In this document: in pieces, positions 1 to 15,307 of the stretch
Position numbering within the stretch: position 1 is the stretch's first letter
Layout of the letters: each line of letters starts with the position of its first letter
NCBI GenBank assembly: GCA_964016885.1
Contig: OZ024742.1
Span: 114,824,001-114,888,000 of the forward strand
Reading direction: 5' to 3'
From: Eledone cirrhosa
Lineage: Eukaryota
Length of the DNA stretch: 64,000 bases
Notes under the pieces: generated by a model
The model's input: only the letters and a program-made list of their open reading frames with translations
Databases searched by the model: none
Told to the model about the DNA's origin: nothing
Made by a program: the position numbers and the translations under genes

Positions 1-207
1 ATATATACATACTACTGTACGTCTGTATACATATATGTATGTACCTATACATACTTATATTTAAGTAACAGCCGTACTAAGAGTGAAACATGAAATTTCG
101 TTTCATATTTTCCATTTATCGTTTTCGTTGCGCCCGGCCGATTAACTCACTCGATATACAAATTAGGCTGCTCAGCCGTTAATATGCATAAGGAAAGTAT
201 ATACTTT
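1..207 (+). repeat. Partial copy of the 469-bp HHR-bearing (retrozyme-like) repeat family, truncated before the ribozyme
   Basis: tactgtacgtctgtatacat...ctaagagtga...aattaggctgctcagccgttaat...aaggaaagtatatacttt matches about 26600-26812 and about 52715-52912. Confidence 0.85.
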
Positions 208-329
208 CAGAGGTTCAAATGACAGGTTGGAACAAATTTCTGAGGATGTTTTTGTGATGAGGCAAGCTTTTGTGTTTCAGGAAAACTGAACACCCCCTTG
301 TGACTAGGGAGCTTCACAGAGATAGTCCA

Positions 330-790
330 AACCTGAATGTGGGATGTAGAATTATGTGCAATCGAATAATTGTTCAATTTTCCATTAACGAGACACTTTG
401 ACTGAATAAGTGGCACCACAACTAGATGACCTTCAACCAACAATCATTTTCCAGCAAGATGCTGCACCACCACATTGGAGACTGCATGTTCGTAGGTTCC
501 TAAATCAAACATTTCTGGACTGGTGGATTGGAAAGGATATCTCAATTCCCTGACCACCTAGTTCATCTGATATCACTCCCCTGGATTTCTTTCTGTTAAA
601 GATACCGTGTTTCAAATAAAGATACGGAACACCACCGAGCTAAAGCAAAAGATCACAAATGTCATTGCCACCATTGTTGAGGCTATGCTACAGCAAACAG
701 GGCAAGAAATCTTGATGTGCTTCATGCAACTAATGTTGCCCATATGGCGGTGTATAAATTATAAAAAAAAACGTCAATATCTACTCCTCA
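330..790 (+). mobile_element. Tc1/mariner-superfamily transposase C-terminal relic
   Basis: Encodes FQQDAAPPHW (about 449-478) and (W>*)PPSSSDITPLDFFL (about 551-595), the conserved QQDxAxxH and WPxxSPDLxPxDF motifs; frameshifted; boundaries approximate. Confidence 0.8.
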
Positions 791-1084
791 TTTTGTAACA
801 CGTTTTACATATTTGCTTTTGTAAAAATAATTTATGGACACCATATATAACACTCAAATTTTCAAGTGGAAAGATAAGAGTTCTGAAATTAGGGATATTT
901 GGTTCGAATGTGACAGGGGGTATCACAAGACATATTCTGTGAGCAAAACCAACCACTTATAAGCCAGAGAAGTCGAAGGATTCCAACAGTCAATATAACA
1001 TGACAACAGAAGAAAATTAATAAAAATAGTATTTTTTTAAACATGTGTATAAAAGCAGACATTAATTACAAAACCACAGTATTC

Positions 1085-4000
1085 TTTTTTTTTTTCTTGT
1101 ATGTAGAATATTAATCGCAATAATACATTTAGCTAAGTTCTGCTGCAATTCAATAGTATACAGTCATTTCATGAATTTGCAGGGATTTAGTGATATAACA
1201 ATGGGATTGATGAGTTAATATCTGTATACAACAACTACAACGGTACGTGATGGGGCCCACCCACAGCCGCGGCGGACAGAATGGAGAAGGCGTTTCCCCG
1301 GAGGACGGCAAGGGAGACGCGTTGGAAAAGCGACTCCAACTCGCGGGGCTCACACCGTCGGTTGGCCAGCTCAGCGCCTATGGTGGTCAGTAAGGAGGTA
1401 GTCCTGGGGCCGAGGATACGAGAAGTCTCCACTGTCAGGGGTACGACCGCAAACCTGTCGAAGAGCGACCGGTATTTGAGGAGTTTGTCCATCTCAGCCC
1501 GACGTGCAGCAGAACATGGGTCAGTCGCAGACTGCACCAGGTTGCGGCAGCAGAAAGTGTCGGTGTAAGTGGCTTCCCGGACGAAGGGTTTGCCACCGCG
1601 GAACGGGAAGATGGTCCTGCCATCTGGCCTTTTGCCGTCCCCTCGATCCAGCCCCACCGGCTCGAGCTGGGAAGGGAAGCCTTCAGCGTCCAAGCCATAC
1701 TTAATGACCTCGTTGAGGGCAGCATGGCGTGGAATGCCGCCAGCACTGTGGCGGCAGGTAAGCCGGTGGAGGCCGAAGAGTCCACGCTGGAACCGCAGCG
1801 ACATCGGTATGGCTGGCAGATCCGGTGACTGAGCCTCAGGGAAACGCCGATTCGCATGCTATGGTTGTCTAGCTGCGTGCCAATGGAGAAGGAGCCAGGC
1901 ACCATTGTGGTGTTTGGAGGCCGCACAAATATAAGCAAGTCGGTGCTGGTCGAGCTGGCGCGTGAGCCTGTCTGAAGCCATGCTTCACTGCATTTCATGC
2001 CAAGTGCGTTGAGGGGACTTGACGTCAATAGGGGGAGAAGTAGGAGGTCCTACGTCTCACAGGCGGCCTCAGTTTCTCTCAACACATAGGGTTCTGTTGT
2101 GTTTTGAAGAACCCAGATGACGAGGACGCGGCCCGTGGTTACCGACGAAAGACACGCCTGCAAAGCTAGTGAGATAGGGGACCGGAGGCCAAGGCCGCCA
2201 TACGTGACAGGTAAAGTGGCCTCTTGCCACCCTATGTTCACACTTGACGTTGCATATCCCCTCGGCTGCTGCTCGGATACAAGTATCGAGATCAGCAATG
2301 AGAGATGCCTGGGTGTAACATGGAGCGCTGCGGAGTGTATAGAGGAGCGTCGGCATGGCGAAGCAGTTCCTCAGCAGAAAGAGAGCTGGGTGGCCGTCAA
2401 TCAAGCCCAGTCGACTCGTGAGGATCTGCAACTGTTGAAGCCTGGACCTGATGGTGGAGCGGATGGCCGGCGGGTGAATGGGTGACGTGAGTATGATGAC
2501 ATCCTCTTTGGTGGTCACCTGAATCTGGCGGAGAATGGACAGCGCGTCAAAGACGGAGGCTGCAAAGCTCGCAGCATCAGGGCTGCCTTTCACCACCTCC
2601 GATTTGGCCGAGTTGACATGTAGGCCGATTCCCGGCAGGGCAGGAACCACCGATTGAAGGTCATGGCCGACCGTCCATCGCGCTTGCCTAGTGTAGCATC
2701 ATCAAGATATCTAACGTAAAGAGGGGCCGTGATACTCCAGCCGATGTGGTCAATATCAAGGGCGAACAGGAGGGTTCCCAAAGGGTCGCCCAGTTGGACC
2801 CCAATAGCCGAGGGCATCACCGTATCAGCAGCAAGGAGCCTGCATGGGGCTCCATATCACAGGTAGGCCAGCGCGTAGGCAGAGGGGTCTCGGCTGAGGA
2901 AGGCCTCGAGCAGATTATTCCGGCGTAAATATTTGAAGACATTCTTCATCTCAAACTTGACAATCAGGTGACTGGAGTCTCTGGATGTCGTTTCGATGGG
3001 CAGCTGTTGAAGAACTGCCTGGTTGCATGAGCGGCCCCTTCACCGCCATCGGACACGCCGACACCCAGTTGCACCGGACTAACCTACTCACCCAGTTCGT
3101 GTGTTACGGACTTGCATATCACCTTGGCAGCCAGTCTCCGGAAGACATTGCCCACAGCAATGCCAACCTCTTTCTTTCTGAGAGCGGTGAGGCTGGCCGA
3201 AAATAAGATGCATCTGGCGTAAGGGTCTAGGGCACCATGGATGAGCCTATTGGTGAACCCCACAATTGCACTCAGAAGGCGGCGTCTCATTGGAGAGTGG
3301 AGATGTCAACTCCTAGAGGTGGCCTGGTCGGAGACCAACAACACCTCCGCAGCTGCTAGCTGGGAATGACCTGATGGCGGACATGATGTCTGCATCAGTA
3401 GCCACAAGGAGCAAGTGGTGTTGGGTGGGGGTATATGTTTTAGATCAGTGGGTGGATCGGTGTGTTTGAGCCGCAGAGCAGCCAGGATCTACTCGGTGGT
3501 TTGGAGGTCAGTGTTCTCTGAGGCAACAACTCTGACTGCGACCGAGACATCACCCATGTTAAGCTTGTCGTTTACCTGGTCACGCAAACGCCTGGCGCTG
3601 GCCTCGGGGGTACCTGAGGGTTGAGTGTGTGACGTCCCTTGACACGCTTGGAATGGGTGCTCGCCGAAAGGATGAGACATTGGCCTTGACGAAAGCTGCT
3701 GTTGACTGGCCGCCCGGTCAGCACTGGAGCTGGGGAGGTCGAGGGAGAGTGAAGAGAAATAGAACAACCGCTCCGAGTCACTAGGTCTATTGGAGTCCAG
3801 GACATTCTCAATCGAGGAAGCAAGGGCATCGGCTACCGGCACCCGTGCCGCTCTCGGGATCCTGAGTGAGATCTTCCGGAGCCGCCTGAGACGAGCGATG
3901 TTGACCAGCGAGCCTCGGTCGTCAGGTAAGCTCGCTGTCCCATCCGGTGGTGTGCTAGACGGCCGTGGCTGGAAATATGTGGGGGAGAGGCAGCTCCTGA

Positions 4001-4330
4001 ACCTCCACGCTGCGATAGCATTGGAAGCTCGACGAGTCAAGCCAACGCAGGTGAGGTGGTCGAAGCAGCTGCACCCTAAATAGTTCCGGCCCCTCCCCTG
4101 TTTGCTAGTGGTTCTGCAAGTGCTGCAGGTGTCGATTTGGAGGGGTGGGGGAGGGACATGGGGCCTGGGACTGGGGCACCGAGCGGCATCAGCGGCGGGT
4201 GGCTGGCGTGTGTGGGTGGAAGGGAAAGTGCTGGTAAGAGGGCCTCATAGCTCACATATATATATGGATGTGCCAGAAAACAAGAGAGAAAAGAAGGGGC
4301 GCTGGAGGTGAGTCACTGATGCTGGGGTAG
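1085..4330 (-). mobile_element. CRE-clade non-LTR retrotransposon (RT + C-terminal restriction-like endonuclease), near full length, degenerate
   Basis: Fragmented ORFs with RT motifs (GIAVGNVFRRLAAK, GVQLGDPLG, YLDDATL, GGLG), CxC/H-x2-C knuckle, RH, KRPDG, KLLKY, PLTVET, FQRVSLAVLRGN; possible poly(A) at about 1085-1095. Confidence 0.88.
1235..1804 (-). pseudogene. CRE restriction-like (PD-(D/E)xK) endonuclease domain fragment
   Basis: ORF-track protein has RH...E...KRPDG...KY...ET...QR.S.A..RGN. Confidence 0.85.
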
Positions 4331-4821
4331 GCTTCCTCTTCTTAATGGTAGAGTTGTTGTGTTAATGACACTGTTGTCGTCGTTGCCTTCCTCTTGTTAA
4401 TGGTGAAGATATCGAGTGAAATACAAAATCCACCAGCAGACAATTATATAAAAAAAGGATATAGAAATAAAGTTAACATATCGGTCTGGGATACAAATAT
4501 TTGTTTTACATTTTCGCAAACATCGTAACGATATTCTCAATGGACGGGTTATAATATTTGAATATAACTGAACCGTCGTGTCATTTAACTTGAAAAGTGG
4601 AGCAAAGTAAAAGGAGAATAGTGATTTTGGAGTGTCAATCCCTTGTGTTTTTTTTGTTTTGTTTTTTTATCCCAATACCGGACTGACAGCTTTCCAGGAT
4701 TTATAGACTCATTTGTGTTTACTTTTCCTTCAAAAGGATGGAGGCGTTTTATCTCATCATGAAACTGACATTAATTAATGATGTTCGTCATCTATGGCTT
4801 ATTCATATGTATTAGTTCATA

Positions 4822-4900
4822 ACTTTGCCTTTCCGGGGTCGATAGAATAAAGTACCAGTAATGCATTGGGTAATTGCTGGCCTTGTGCCAAAAGTAGAAA
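4822..4900 (+). mobile_element. SINE core fragment (cephalopod-type tRNA-derived SINE)
   Basis: actttgcctttccggggtcgatagaataaagtaccagtaatgcattggg...gctggccttgtgcc is the reverse complement of the SINE at 27905-28080. Confidence 0.7.
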
Positions 4901-7801
4901 CAATTATTTCATAACTCTATAGAACGTTTAAAATGGTTGTGCAGTGTTCTGTGTCCAGCTAGGTTTGTACAACAGGTAAGAAATATGATGATTCGGTTTC
5001 TTCTGATAGGAGCCTCTTCCATGTCGGAAGATCAAAGTGTGTGATCTTGTCTTCTTCAATAGTTTCATAGACGGCTTCGGAGATTTAAAATGTATGTTTC
5101 CATTGGTGCTTCCATTTCCATACGGCCTACTCGGAATTACCGGTAGATGTCATAAAACACTGTGATCTAATTTGCTTGTTCTTTATGTGAAATGTGTGGT
5201 CAGCGAATATTTCAGTCGTTGAAAGGCATATGAAAACATGATGATGTGTAGAATAATTCAATATTTACAAAAAATGTATTTATATTTCATTTTAAATATT
5301 GTTTTCAATTCCAGATATAACATTTTAATATATCTTATTAGTAATATATATCTAAGAAATATTGATTATATAAATCGGAAATATAACAGAACGTTATTCA
5401 TTGAGGTTTGGATTGATGGAAAATAAAAATCATGTTTAGGAAATTGTCAGAAGAATAAAAGTCGTTGTTGACACCTTTATATTTTTATGTGCAAGACAAA
5501 AAACAACTTGACAACTCTCTGATACATCACATTAAACGTTCAAAGCACCAATAACATGCACACTCCAATACACTATACGATTGCCGGATGTTCAGTACTT
5601 AGACCAACGGGTGAACAATGTACTTTAGAAATAAAATGTTTCACAACAACCAAAGTATACAATTGACCAACAAATAAACCATACTACTGATTTCAGCACT
5701 CTAAATAATTGATTTCAAGTAATCAATAGAAAACAGAAAGCCAAAGTAACTCACAAAATCACTATGAGAATTCGAGTAAACAGGTTAACTAAACCCCCCC
5801 CCCCCCCCCCCAGCCTCAAGTCACCAGAAGGCCGGAGATCTACATAATAATAATAATATAATAATAGCCGCTATAAACGTTTTCAGGGACAAATTTGCAG
5901 CTATGAATTGAAGACGACCATGATATTATTTCCAATAATATATCACCATTTTAGGAAGTTTCTTAATATCTGAAGTGCCATATACATAGTTATCTAGAAG
6001 ACATTATTGGTGGTATACAGTGGAAAAACTTATCAATAAATTGGGATAATGTAAGCGGTTAAATTACATTTTTGGAAATTATTATAGATGTTTTAGGTTG
6101 TTGAGAATATATCATAAAACTTCTCTTTGTCTCAAAAGTTATAGAAAGCTTCTGGCAAGACTGCAGTGTATAACTGTTTTGACGGACCATTAATACATCT
6201 GGATTGAGTAATATCCTATGAAAATGTCCTTGGTACTGTATGAAGACATTGCAATTAGTATTAGCTCTGGTCTTTAAGTAAATGATTTCTGTGTTTATGC
6301 AAACACAAAACGTTTTGTTTTCGCACAACAAATGGTGATATGTTGGATATGATGCCATTATTCTGACAAAGAATGATAGAAGCTTTAAAGCATTGCAGCT
6401 GACCACTTCCCATCATTGTTGAACTTGAAAATGATATAACATAATAATGAAAAAAGAAAGGATTTGTTGCCGGTTATGGAAAGTAGGTAGGAATTGTAAA
6501 TAGGGTATATTCATTTAAACTAATGAGTTTTCAAGAGGAACATTGATCCGACACATACTCATGCAGTTAAATATTTAATATGTCTGAATATACAGAAGTG
6601 CCTGGCAACAAGGTCAGGAAGAAGGTGGGAATGTGTAGTCATATAGCTTTATTTTAAATATTTTATTCCTACAAGAATTAAATCTCATTTTCATCACCTC
6701 TTTGTGAGGGGTGATTAAATAACTGCCATTAATTTATGAGGTATAATTCAGTCAACAAGACCTTTTCACTAAAAGAGTTCACTCATTTGGCATCATCTAA
6801 CTATGAAAGAGATCACTCTTTTGATCAGTGAAACAGACAGAGAAAACACTAAACATCTTGCTGTCTGTAATTTTCAATTACTTAAATTTCAAAATGATTT
6901 AGTAAGTTTGTTGTTCTTTATCAAATTTCTAATCGTGTGAACTTTTTTGCTTTGTATTTTGGAAGAAAACATCAAACAATCCAAAGAATATATGATTATT
7001 TCTATTACTTCCTTGGCAGAAGACATTACAGCAAAAAATGGACGGAATATTAATGTTACAATTAATCTTATGAAACAGGTGAAGTGAAAATTTAGAAACT
7101 ACAAAACTACATAATGACTTTGGCTCTTTTCACACCAAACATCGTTTCAGTAAATTTAACTCATTTCATGGTTTCATTAATACACAACTCAGAAATACCA
7201 TTATTCATATCACTTCAATATATTGATTAAACATTTTGTTTTTATTATACAGATTATTTTGTGAGTAAATTGTAGATCGTTATATTTTGAATTAATCTTT
7301 ACAAATTTACAAAATTCTGACAGGACTTTAAATGCTAATTTAACCTATAATTAATTTCTATGTTAGTCCTTGAAATGAGAGAAAAGGGTTTTCTCATTTC
7401 TCTTTCAATATTCTGACGCGGCCTATAACATCAAAGTGCTTATAACAAGTTTCATATTATTGATGTAGTGCATGATTTACTTATTAGAAAACAAAATTGA
7501 ATACGCTTTTAGAAATAAATTGCAAACGCACAGTTCAATTAACTTGAGGAAGGGAAATACTAAGTAAATTTACCAATAACGAACGGGCCTACGGGTTTCA
7601 AATAGCTTCAATATTTGCTTTAGGTATAATTACAGCAGCTCCATCAAGCGTTGTGTTTTAATGTGTTTTGACTTACATTTGTAAGGCTAGAGATTTAGAT
7701 AATAGATGTTATGTGGTGTAACCATATTTGTCCCATTCTATGTTTAGTCGATTACTACAGGAAATTGAAATATCTACATTAACACACATATAATTATATT
7801 A

Positions 7802-7836
7802 ACACACATTCCAATAAACACACGCACACACACAGG

Positions 7837-7877
<41 letters not shown>

Positions 7878-7914
7878 ACACGCACACACGCACACACACA
7901 CACACACACTCAAA

Positions 7915-7953
<39 letters not shown>
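7802..7953. repeat. (CA)n/(TA)n compound microsatellite
   Basis: Directly visible. Confidence 0.95.
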
Positions 7954-7955
<2 letters not shown>

Positions 7956-8267
7956 AGAGTAACGATCTAAACAACATTGTTTTCATCACATTATGCAACA
8001 AATATATGTGTACAGGCTAAAAACTATGTGTTACAGAGCTTCATTTATACAGATTATCCCTAGGTATAATAATATAGTTTGTAATATTAAAAAAAAATAG
8101 TATAATATCAACGAATGCATTTAAGGACTATCTAATTTTATATATACACTTCTTAGATCACTGTTTCATAAGACAAAGAAAATTAACAATTAGAGATAAT
8201 TAAAATGGTCGATTAATGAATTAAGATATTCAATACTCATTAGTCTGCAAGACTTAAAACATACTTC

Positions 8268-9656
<1,389 letters not shown>

Positions 9657-10128
9657 ACAAACACCTTTTTACTTACATATCTTCTTACCATCGTATGGAC
9701 GTATACTAACACACTAACGCACACCCACACACGCATACGCACGCGCACGCGTATATCTATATATCCAAAACATCTTCTGTTCCATTTCATGTAGACGCGT
9801 TCTATCAACCAATATTCTAAAAATGTATATTATAGACAAAACACCAGCATCAACAGTTTTCAACGAGATGACAACATTAATGAACCTGTTATTTTGCTCT
9901 AAAACTATTTTTTCCCGATTCCGAACTGCCCATCCGTTTTGTCTTTCTAATTTCTCATTTTTTTCTTCTGATGATGAACTCGAGTCCTTCTATTTCAAGC
10001 GTTAAACTAATATATTCCTCCCGTATACTGTAGAGACAATGATGTTATTTCTGTTTACCTTTTACATACACACACAGACACACACAAATACGAACGATCG
10101 CACGCACACACAGACACACCAGAGACAC

Positions 10129-10222
<94 letters not shown>

Positions 10223-10231
10223 ATATATATA

Positions 10232-10790
10232 TAATAAATCAGGAAAGAAGGTTGACATGGTTTGCTATACAAAAAAGGTTTAATCACATAGCTTACATTT
10301 GTTTCACTGAGCTGGTAGGTCTAGAGATCGCTATTCGCTTATTTTCGCGTTACTCGATCGCCAATACAAAATTATAACCAGTCAGATCTTCGGAGCATGC
10401 GAGAATGAAGAAAAAACACAGGCAAGAAAAGAATATACAGGCTACTATATGAAGTAGTGATGGCATTCAATTAGAACAATAACAACAATTACAACAATGC
10501 TATTAATAAATTATTTAAGGAGACCCTAACATTACTTAGGTGGGGGGTATATAATGTATCTAACGTTACGGCGTGTAAAACTAGCTGTCATGTGGCAAAA
10601 GAAAGCGTTTGGCATGTACAGAGTATCGAAGTGTATATCAATTTTAAATTTTAAAGATAAGCTAGTGTTTACAGTCTTTCTCTAGTATACATGAGTGGGA
10701 CAACACTGTCAAAGCTAAATAGTTGTTGAGTTAATACAGAGGTTAACGAAGTAATATACGCATATATTTACGCACACACACACACATACA

Positions 10791-10848
<58 letters not shown>

Positions 10849-12448
10849 CATATACACACATGCATGTGTACATAGACACATACATACACATCAATATACA
10901 CTCGTACAAAAATATACATACATGCAAAGAGATAAGCGTGCTAATTGTAATTATGGCAACAAGAAGGTAAAGTTACATTGTAGTAGTGATATGAGAAAAA
11001 CTAGGATTTAGGATCAAATGATGGCAGCAGCTGAGAAGGAATAAGTGTGTTGGTAGATGAGGTACTTACAGACAATTATGTGGTATAGACTTGTGAAGGA
11101 TATAGTTTACTTAATGAATATATTTCTGTGGGTAGTAGGTATCCTAATTTAAAGCTATGTTATGTTGGTTCGATTCACGGAGGTTTGAATCTTATGAATT
11201 TAGTGGCAATTCTATGTCTGCAGAAGATAGATCTTTCTAACTTATTGTTAAGTAGCCTTTTTATATTGTTGAGGATATACAATAATTCAAGATCACATAG
11301 CCCGCAGTGGGACATCCCTGTACTATAGGTTTTAGCAGCCAACAACTTCGACCAGTTGATACTGTAGTTAGTGTTGCTGTCCTTCAATTCCCATACTTTT
11401 TTGGCGAGGGTTGTGGAACCCATAAGTGCATGGTTTTTCATTGAGTGTCTGTGCACATACCATCTTTTTTTAAAAGAACCCGCGGTGGATCCTATGTAAT
11501 TCCAGGTGGAGTTACCCGAGATGACCGTGCACATGTACACCAGACTCGAATCGAGACATCTGTTCGCCAATTGGCACCTATCTGGGAGGTGACAGTTACA
11601 GTTTGAGGCGCTATTTTGTGCAGCTTTTACATTCCTGTTTAGTACTCTGTTATAAGTGGGTTGTGATATACGCCCAATGGGGTTTTGCTGCTGCGCGTTT
11701 GTATGCGCTTGTGGTTGTGATGTTGTGATGTGTTTGTGCTTATGTATAGGTGCAGTTGATTTACTAGAGATATATCTGTGGTTGATCTTACGTATGTGTG
11801 AATCTATGTTAGCTGCTGTTGAGAATGAGAGTTTTATAGTAGATCTATTGAGTATTTTGTGATATCTATGCGAGATAGGGAAGTGTTTATCTATTAGTTT
11901 AAAGAATGTAGAGGGCAGTCTAGTTTTTATAGAGGAGTTGAATATTGGGTTGAACCATAGGTATTTTCTTTGTCTGTTTCTTCTATTGTTTCTTGGGTTT
12001 ACGTTATTAGTGTTTTGGCCGTTTATTCCAGGTGTTACGTATCTAACCCTATGTCTAGTCAAGCTATTCCTATTATTATGGGACCGGTTGGAGTAGTAAT
12101 TACTAGGATTGTTTACCTTGTCCTTATTCACTATATACTGCAGTTTATCTTTATGACCGGCCCTACGTAATGCTGCATTATAATAGTCAGCATGCTCGTT
12201 AAAGATTTCTAGGTTTGAGGATAAGCGGGATATTCGGAGGGATATACTACGTGCTATGGATCTATTTACGGATTTGGGGTGATTTGAGTTGTAACTAATG
12301 TAGGCAAGATTTTCATTATTTTTGTAGAAAGGTTCTATTAATCCAGTATTTAGATTTAGAGTTACATCTAGAAAATTTACCTTCTTATGGTTTAGTTCGT
12401 AGGTAATTATTAGGCCTAGTTATTGGAAGAATATTCTAATATTTTTTC
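10232..12448 (-). mobile_element. 5'-truncated inverted copy of the Naiad-like PLE (thumb + GIY-YIG + 3' UTR + pLTR)
   Basis: ORF 11175-12131 is near-identical to the C-terminal part of 14021-15307; ends in (TA)n at about 10231. Confidence 0.92.
10287..10399 (-). ncRNA. Type I HHR variant (CCGAAGA core, extended helix II)
   Basis: Reverse-complement copy of 16110-16222. Confidence 0.65.
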
Positions 12449-12537
12449 TTGTTGTTGTTGTTCTAATTGAATGCCATTACTACTTCATATAGTAGTCTAT
12501 ATATTCTTTTCTTGCCTGTGTATTTTCTTCATTCTCA

Positions 12538-12650
12538 CATGCTCCGAAGATCTGACAGGTTATAATTTTGTATTGGCGATCGAGTAACGCGAAAATAAGC
12601 GCATAGCGATCCCTAGACCTACCAGCTCAGTGAAACAAATGTAAGCCATG
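12538..12650 (+). ncRNA. Type I HHR variant in 5' pLTR
   Basis: catgct-CCGAAGA-t-ctga...tcag-t-GAAA-caaatg-TA-agc(c)atg; predicted cleavage after 12643. Confidence 0.65.
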
Positions 12651-12922
12651 TGATTAAACCTTTTTTGTATAGCAAACCATGTCAACCTTCTTTCCTGATT
12701 TATTATTACTCCAAGTGTTTACAACATAGAAATTACGGCATACCCGCAGCATCACTATGAAAACGCCTTGTTGAGTCAAACCAAGCCAAGCGTTAATATC
12801 ATCCACTACCTGGAATACCATAACTGGACTTTACCTAGGTGGACTGCATTTAACTATTATTTGTTACCCCGTATATTTAGCTCCCACCTGGTCGAGCAAC
12901 AGCATTAACGCACGGCATCAAC

Positions 12923-15307
12923 ATGGAGAAGCACCATATAGGTATGTCACTGAAAAACATACCTGTACCTACAAAAAAGGACTATACACTGGGAATGATA
13001 CGACGGATTAATGATTTCATCCGCAGGGTCAGATGGAAAGCTTACCATTTCGATAAGGGACTGAATACCAACGGAAAGGAATTTTCCAAGGAGAATTACG
13101 GGTTTAAATCCTGCAAAAACCCGCCAAACAACCCCGCACTCGATGCCTTCGAGCTGGACCTTATGAACATGATAAGTGAAACTAAATTTAAAAAAAGAAC
13201 AAATCACAACAAATTGCAAAATGACTTAAATACATTACTTAAAAAACTAAAAGACACTAACGGTATCATAGTAAAAGCAGACAAAACATCTAACGAATAC
13301 TCTATGGACATTAACACATACGATAACTTTATTCAGCGTGAACTACATAAAAAAGAAATAAAAAAACAAATGATTACACTCACCAGCATTAACATGGAGG
13401 GCCTCAAGATAGTTAATAAACTCGGAATTTCAGATAGGACCGAACCGCTAACCCCGTGCAACCCAACATTTAACATGAAGGATCACAAAAATAACTTTGA
13501 AACTAATCCCACCATTAGATTAATATGCCCATCCAAGTCAGACATAGGTAAAATTAGCAAGAACATTCTAGATAGGATAATGGCACAAATAAAGGGTAAA
13601 CTAGAAATCAATTTATGGGGCAACACTAACGAGGCAATTAAATGGTTCAATAAAATACAAAATAGGGAGACGTGTAACTTCATACAATTTGATATAGACG
13701 ACTATTATGCATCCATATCCCCAGCTACCCTAGATAAGGCGCTTATATATGCCCAAAATAACTCTGATCTTAACCATGATGAAATTGAAATAATAATAGC
13801 GGCTAGAAGGACTATCATAAAAATTGAAAATAGCTACTGGGTAAGAAAGGATAGAATAAATAGCTTCGATATAACAATGGAATCAAATCATTCTGCGCAA
13901 ATCACAGATATCGTGGGGCTATTCATAGCACACAACCTACATATGGATTTCAGTAACCTCCAAGTAGGAATTTAAAGGGACGACACGTCACTTATAGCTA
14001 GGAACCTAAACAACCAGAGCATGGAAAGACTACGAAAAAATATTAGAATATTCTTCCAAAAACTAGGCCTAAGTATTACCTACGAACTAAACCATAAGAA
14101 GGTAAATTTTCTAGATGTAACTCTAAATCTAAATACTGGATTAATAGAACCTTTCAACAAAAATAATGAAAATCTTGCCTACATTAGTTACAACTCAAAT
14201 CACACCAAATCCATAATTAGATCCATAGCACGTAGTATATCCCTCCGAATATCCCGCTTATCCTCAAACCTAGAAATCTTTAACGAGCATGCTGACTATT
14301 ATAATGCAGCATTACGTAGGGCCGGTCATAAAGATAAACTGCAGTATATAGTGAATAAGGACAAGGTAAACAATCCTAGTAATTACTACTCCAACCGGTC
14401 CCATAATAATAGGAATAGCTTGACTAGACATAGGGTTAGATACGTAACACCTGGAGTAAACGGCCAAAACACTAATAACGTAAACCCAAGAAACAATAGA
14501 AGAAACAGACAAACAAAATACCTATGGTTCAACCCAATATTCAACACCTCTATAAAAACTAGACTGCCCTTTACATTCTTTAAACTAATAGATAAACACT
14601 TCCCTATCTCGCATAGATATCACAAAATACTCAATAGATCTACTATAAAACTCTCATTCTCAACAGCAGCTAACATAGAATCACACATACGCAAGATCAA
14701 CCACAGAAATATCTCTAGTAAATCAACTGCACCTATACATAAGCACAAACACATCACAACATCACAACCACAAGCGCATACAAACGCGCAGCAGCAAAAC
14801 CCCATTGGGCGTATATCACAACCCACTTATAACAGAGTACTAAACAGGAATGTAAAAGCTGCACAAAATAGCGCCTCAAACTGTAACTGTCACCTCCCAG
14901 ATAGGTGCCCATTGGCGAACAGATGTCTCGATTCGAGTCTGGTGTACATGTGCACGGTCATCTCGGGTAACTCCACCTGGAATTACATAGGATCCACCGC
15001 GGGTTCTTTTAAAAAAAGATGGTATGTGCACAGACACTCAATGAAAAACCATGCACTTATGGGTTCCACAACCCTCGCCAAAAAAGTATGGGAATTGAAG
15101 GACAGCAACACTAACTACAGTATCAACTGGTCGAAGTTGTTGGCTGCTAAAACCTATAGTACAGGGATGTCCCACTGCGGGCTATGTGATCTTGAATTAT
15201 TGTATATCCTTAACAATATAAAAAGGCTACTTAACAATAAGTTAGAAAGATCTATCTTCTGCAGACATAGAATTGCCACTAAATTCATAAGATTCAAACC
15301 TCCGTGA
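12923..15307 (+). pseudogene. PLE reverse transcriptase-GIY-YIG polyprotein (about 794 codons) with one in-frame stop
   Basis: ORFs 12923-13975 and 14021-15307 are in the same frame; TAA at 13973-13975 replaces the Y of the G-I-Y-R-D-D catalytic motif. Confidence 0.92.

Noticed and set aside
1281-4311. Plus-strand ORFs over the CRE copies (also 41952-43951)
   Set aside because: Antisense shadows of GC-rich retrotransposon coding sequence
12923-15307. Possible selenoprotein or read-through PLE (some Naiads are reported to encode selenocysteine)
   Set aside because: The only internal stop is TAA at a catalytic-motif Tyr, and the conserved Cys positions I checked in the Naiad-like copies are not TGA
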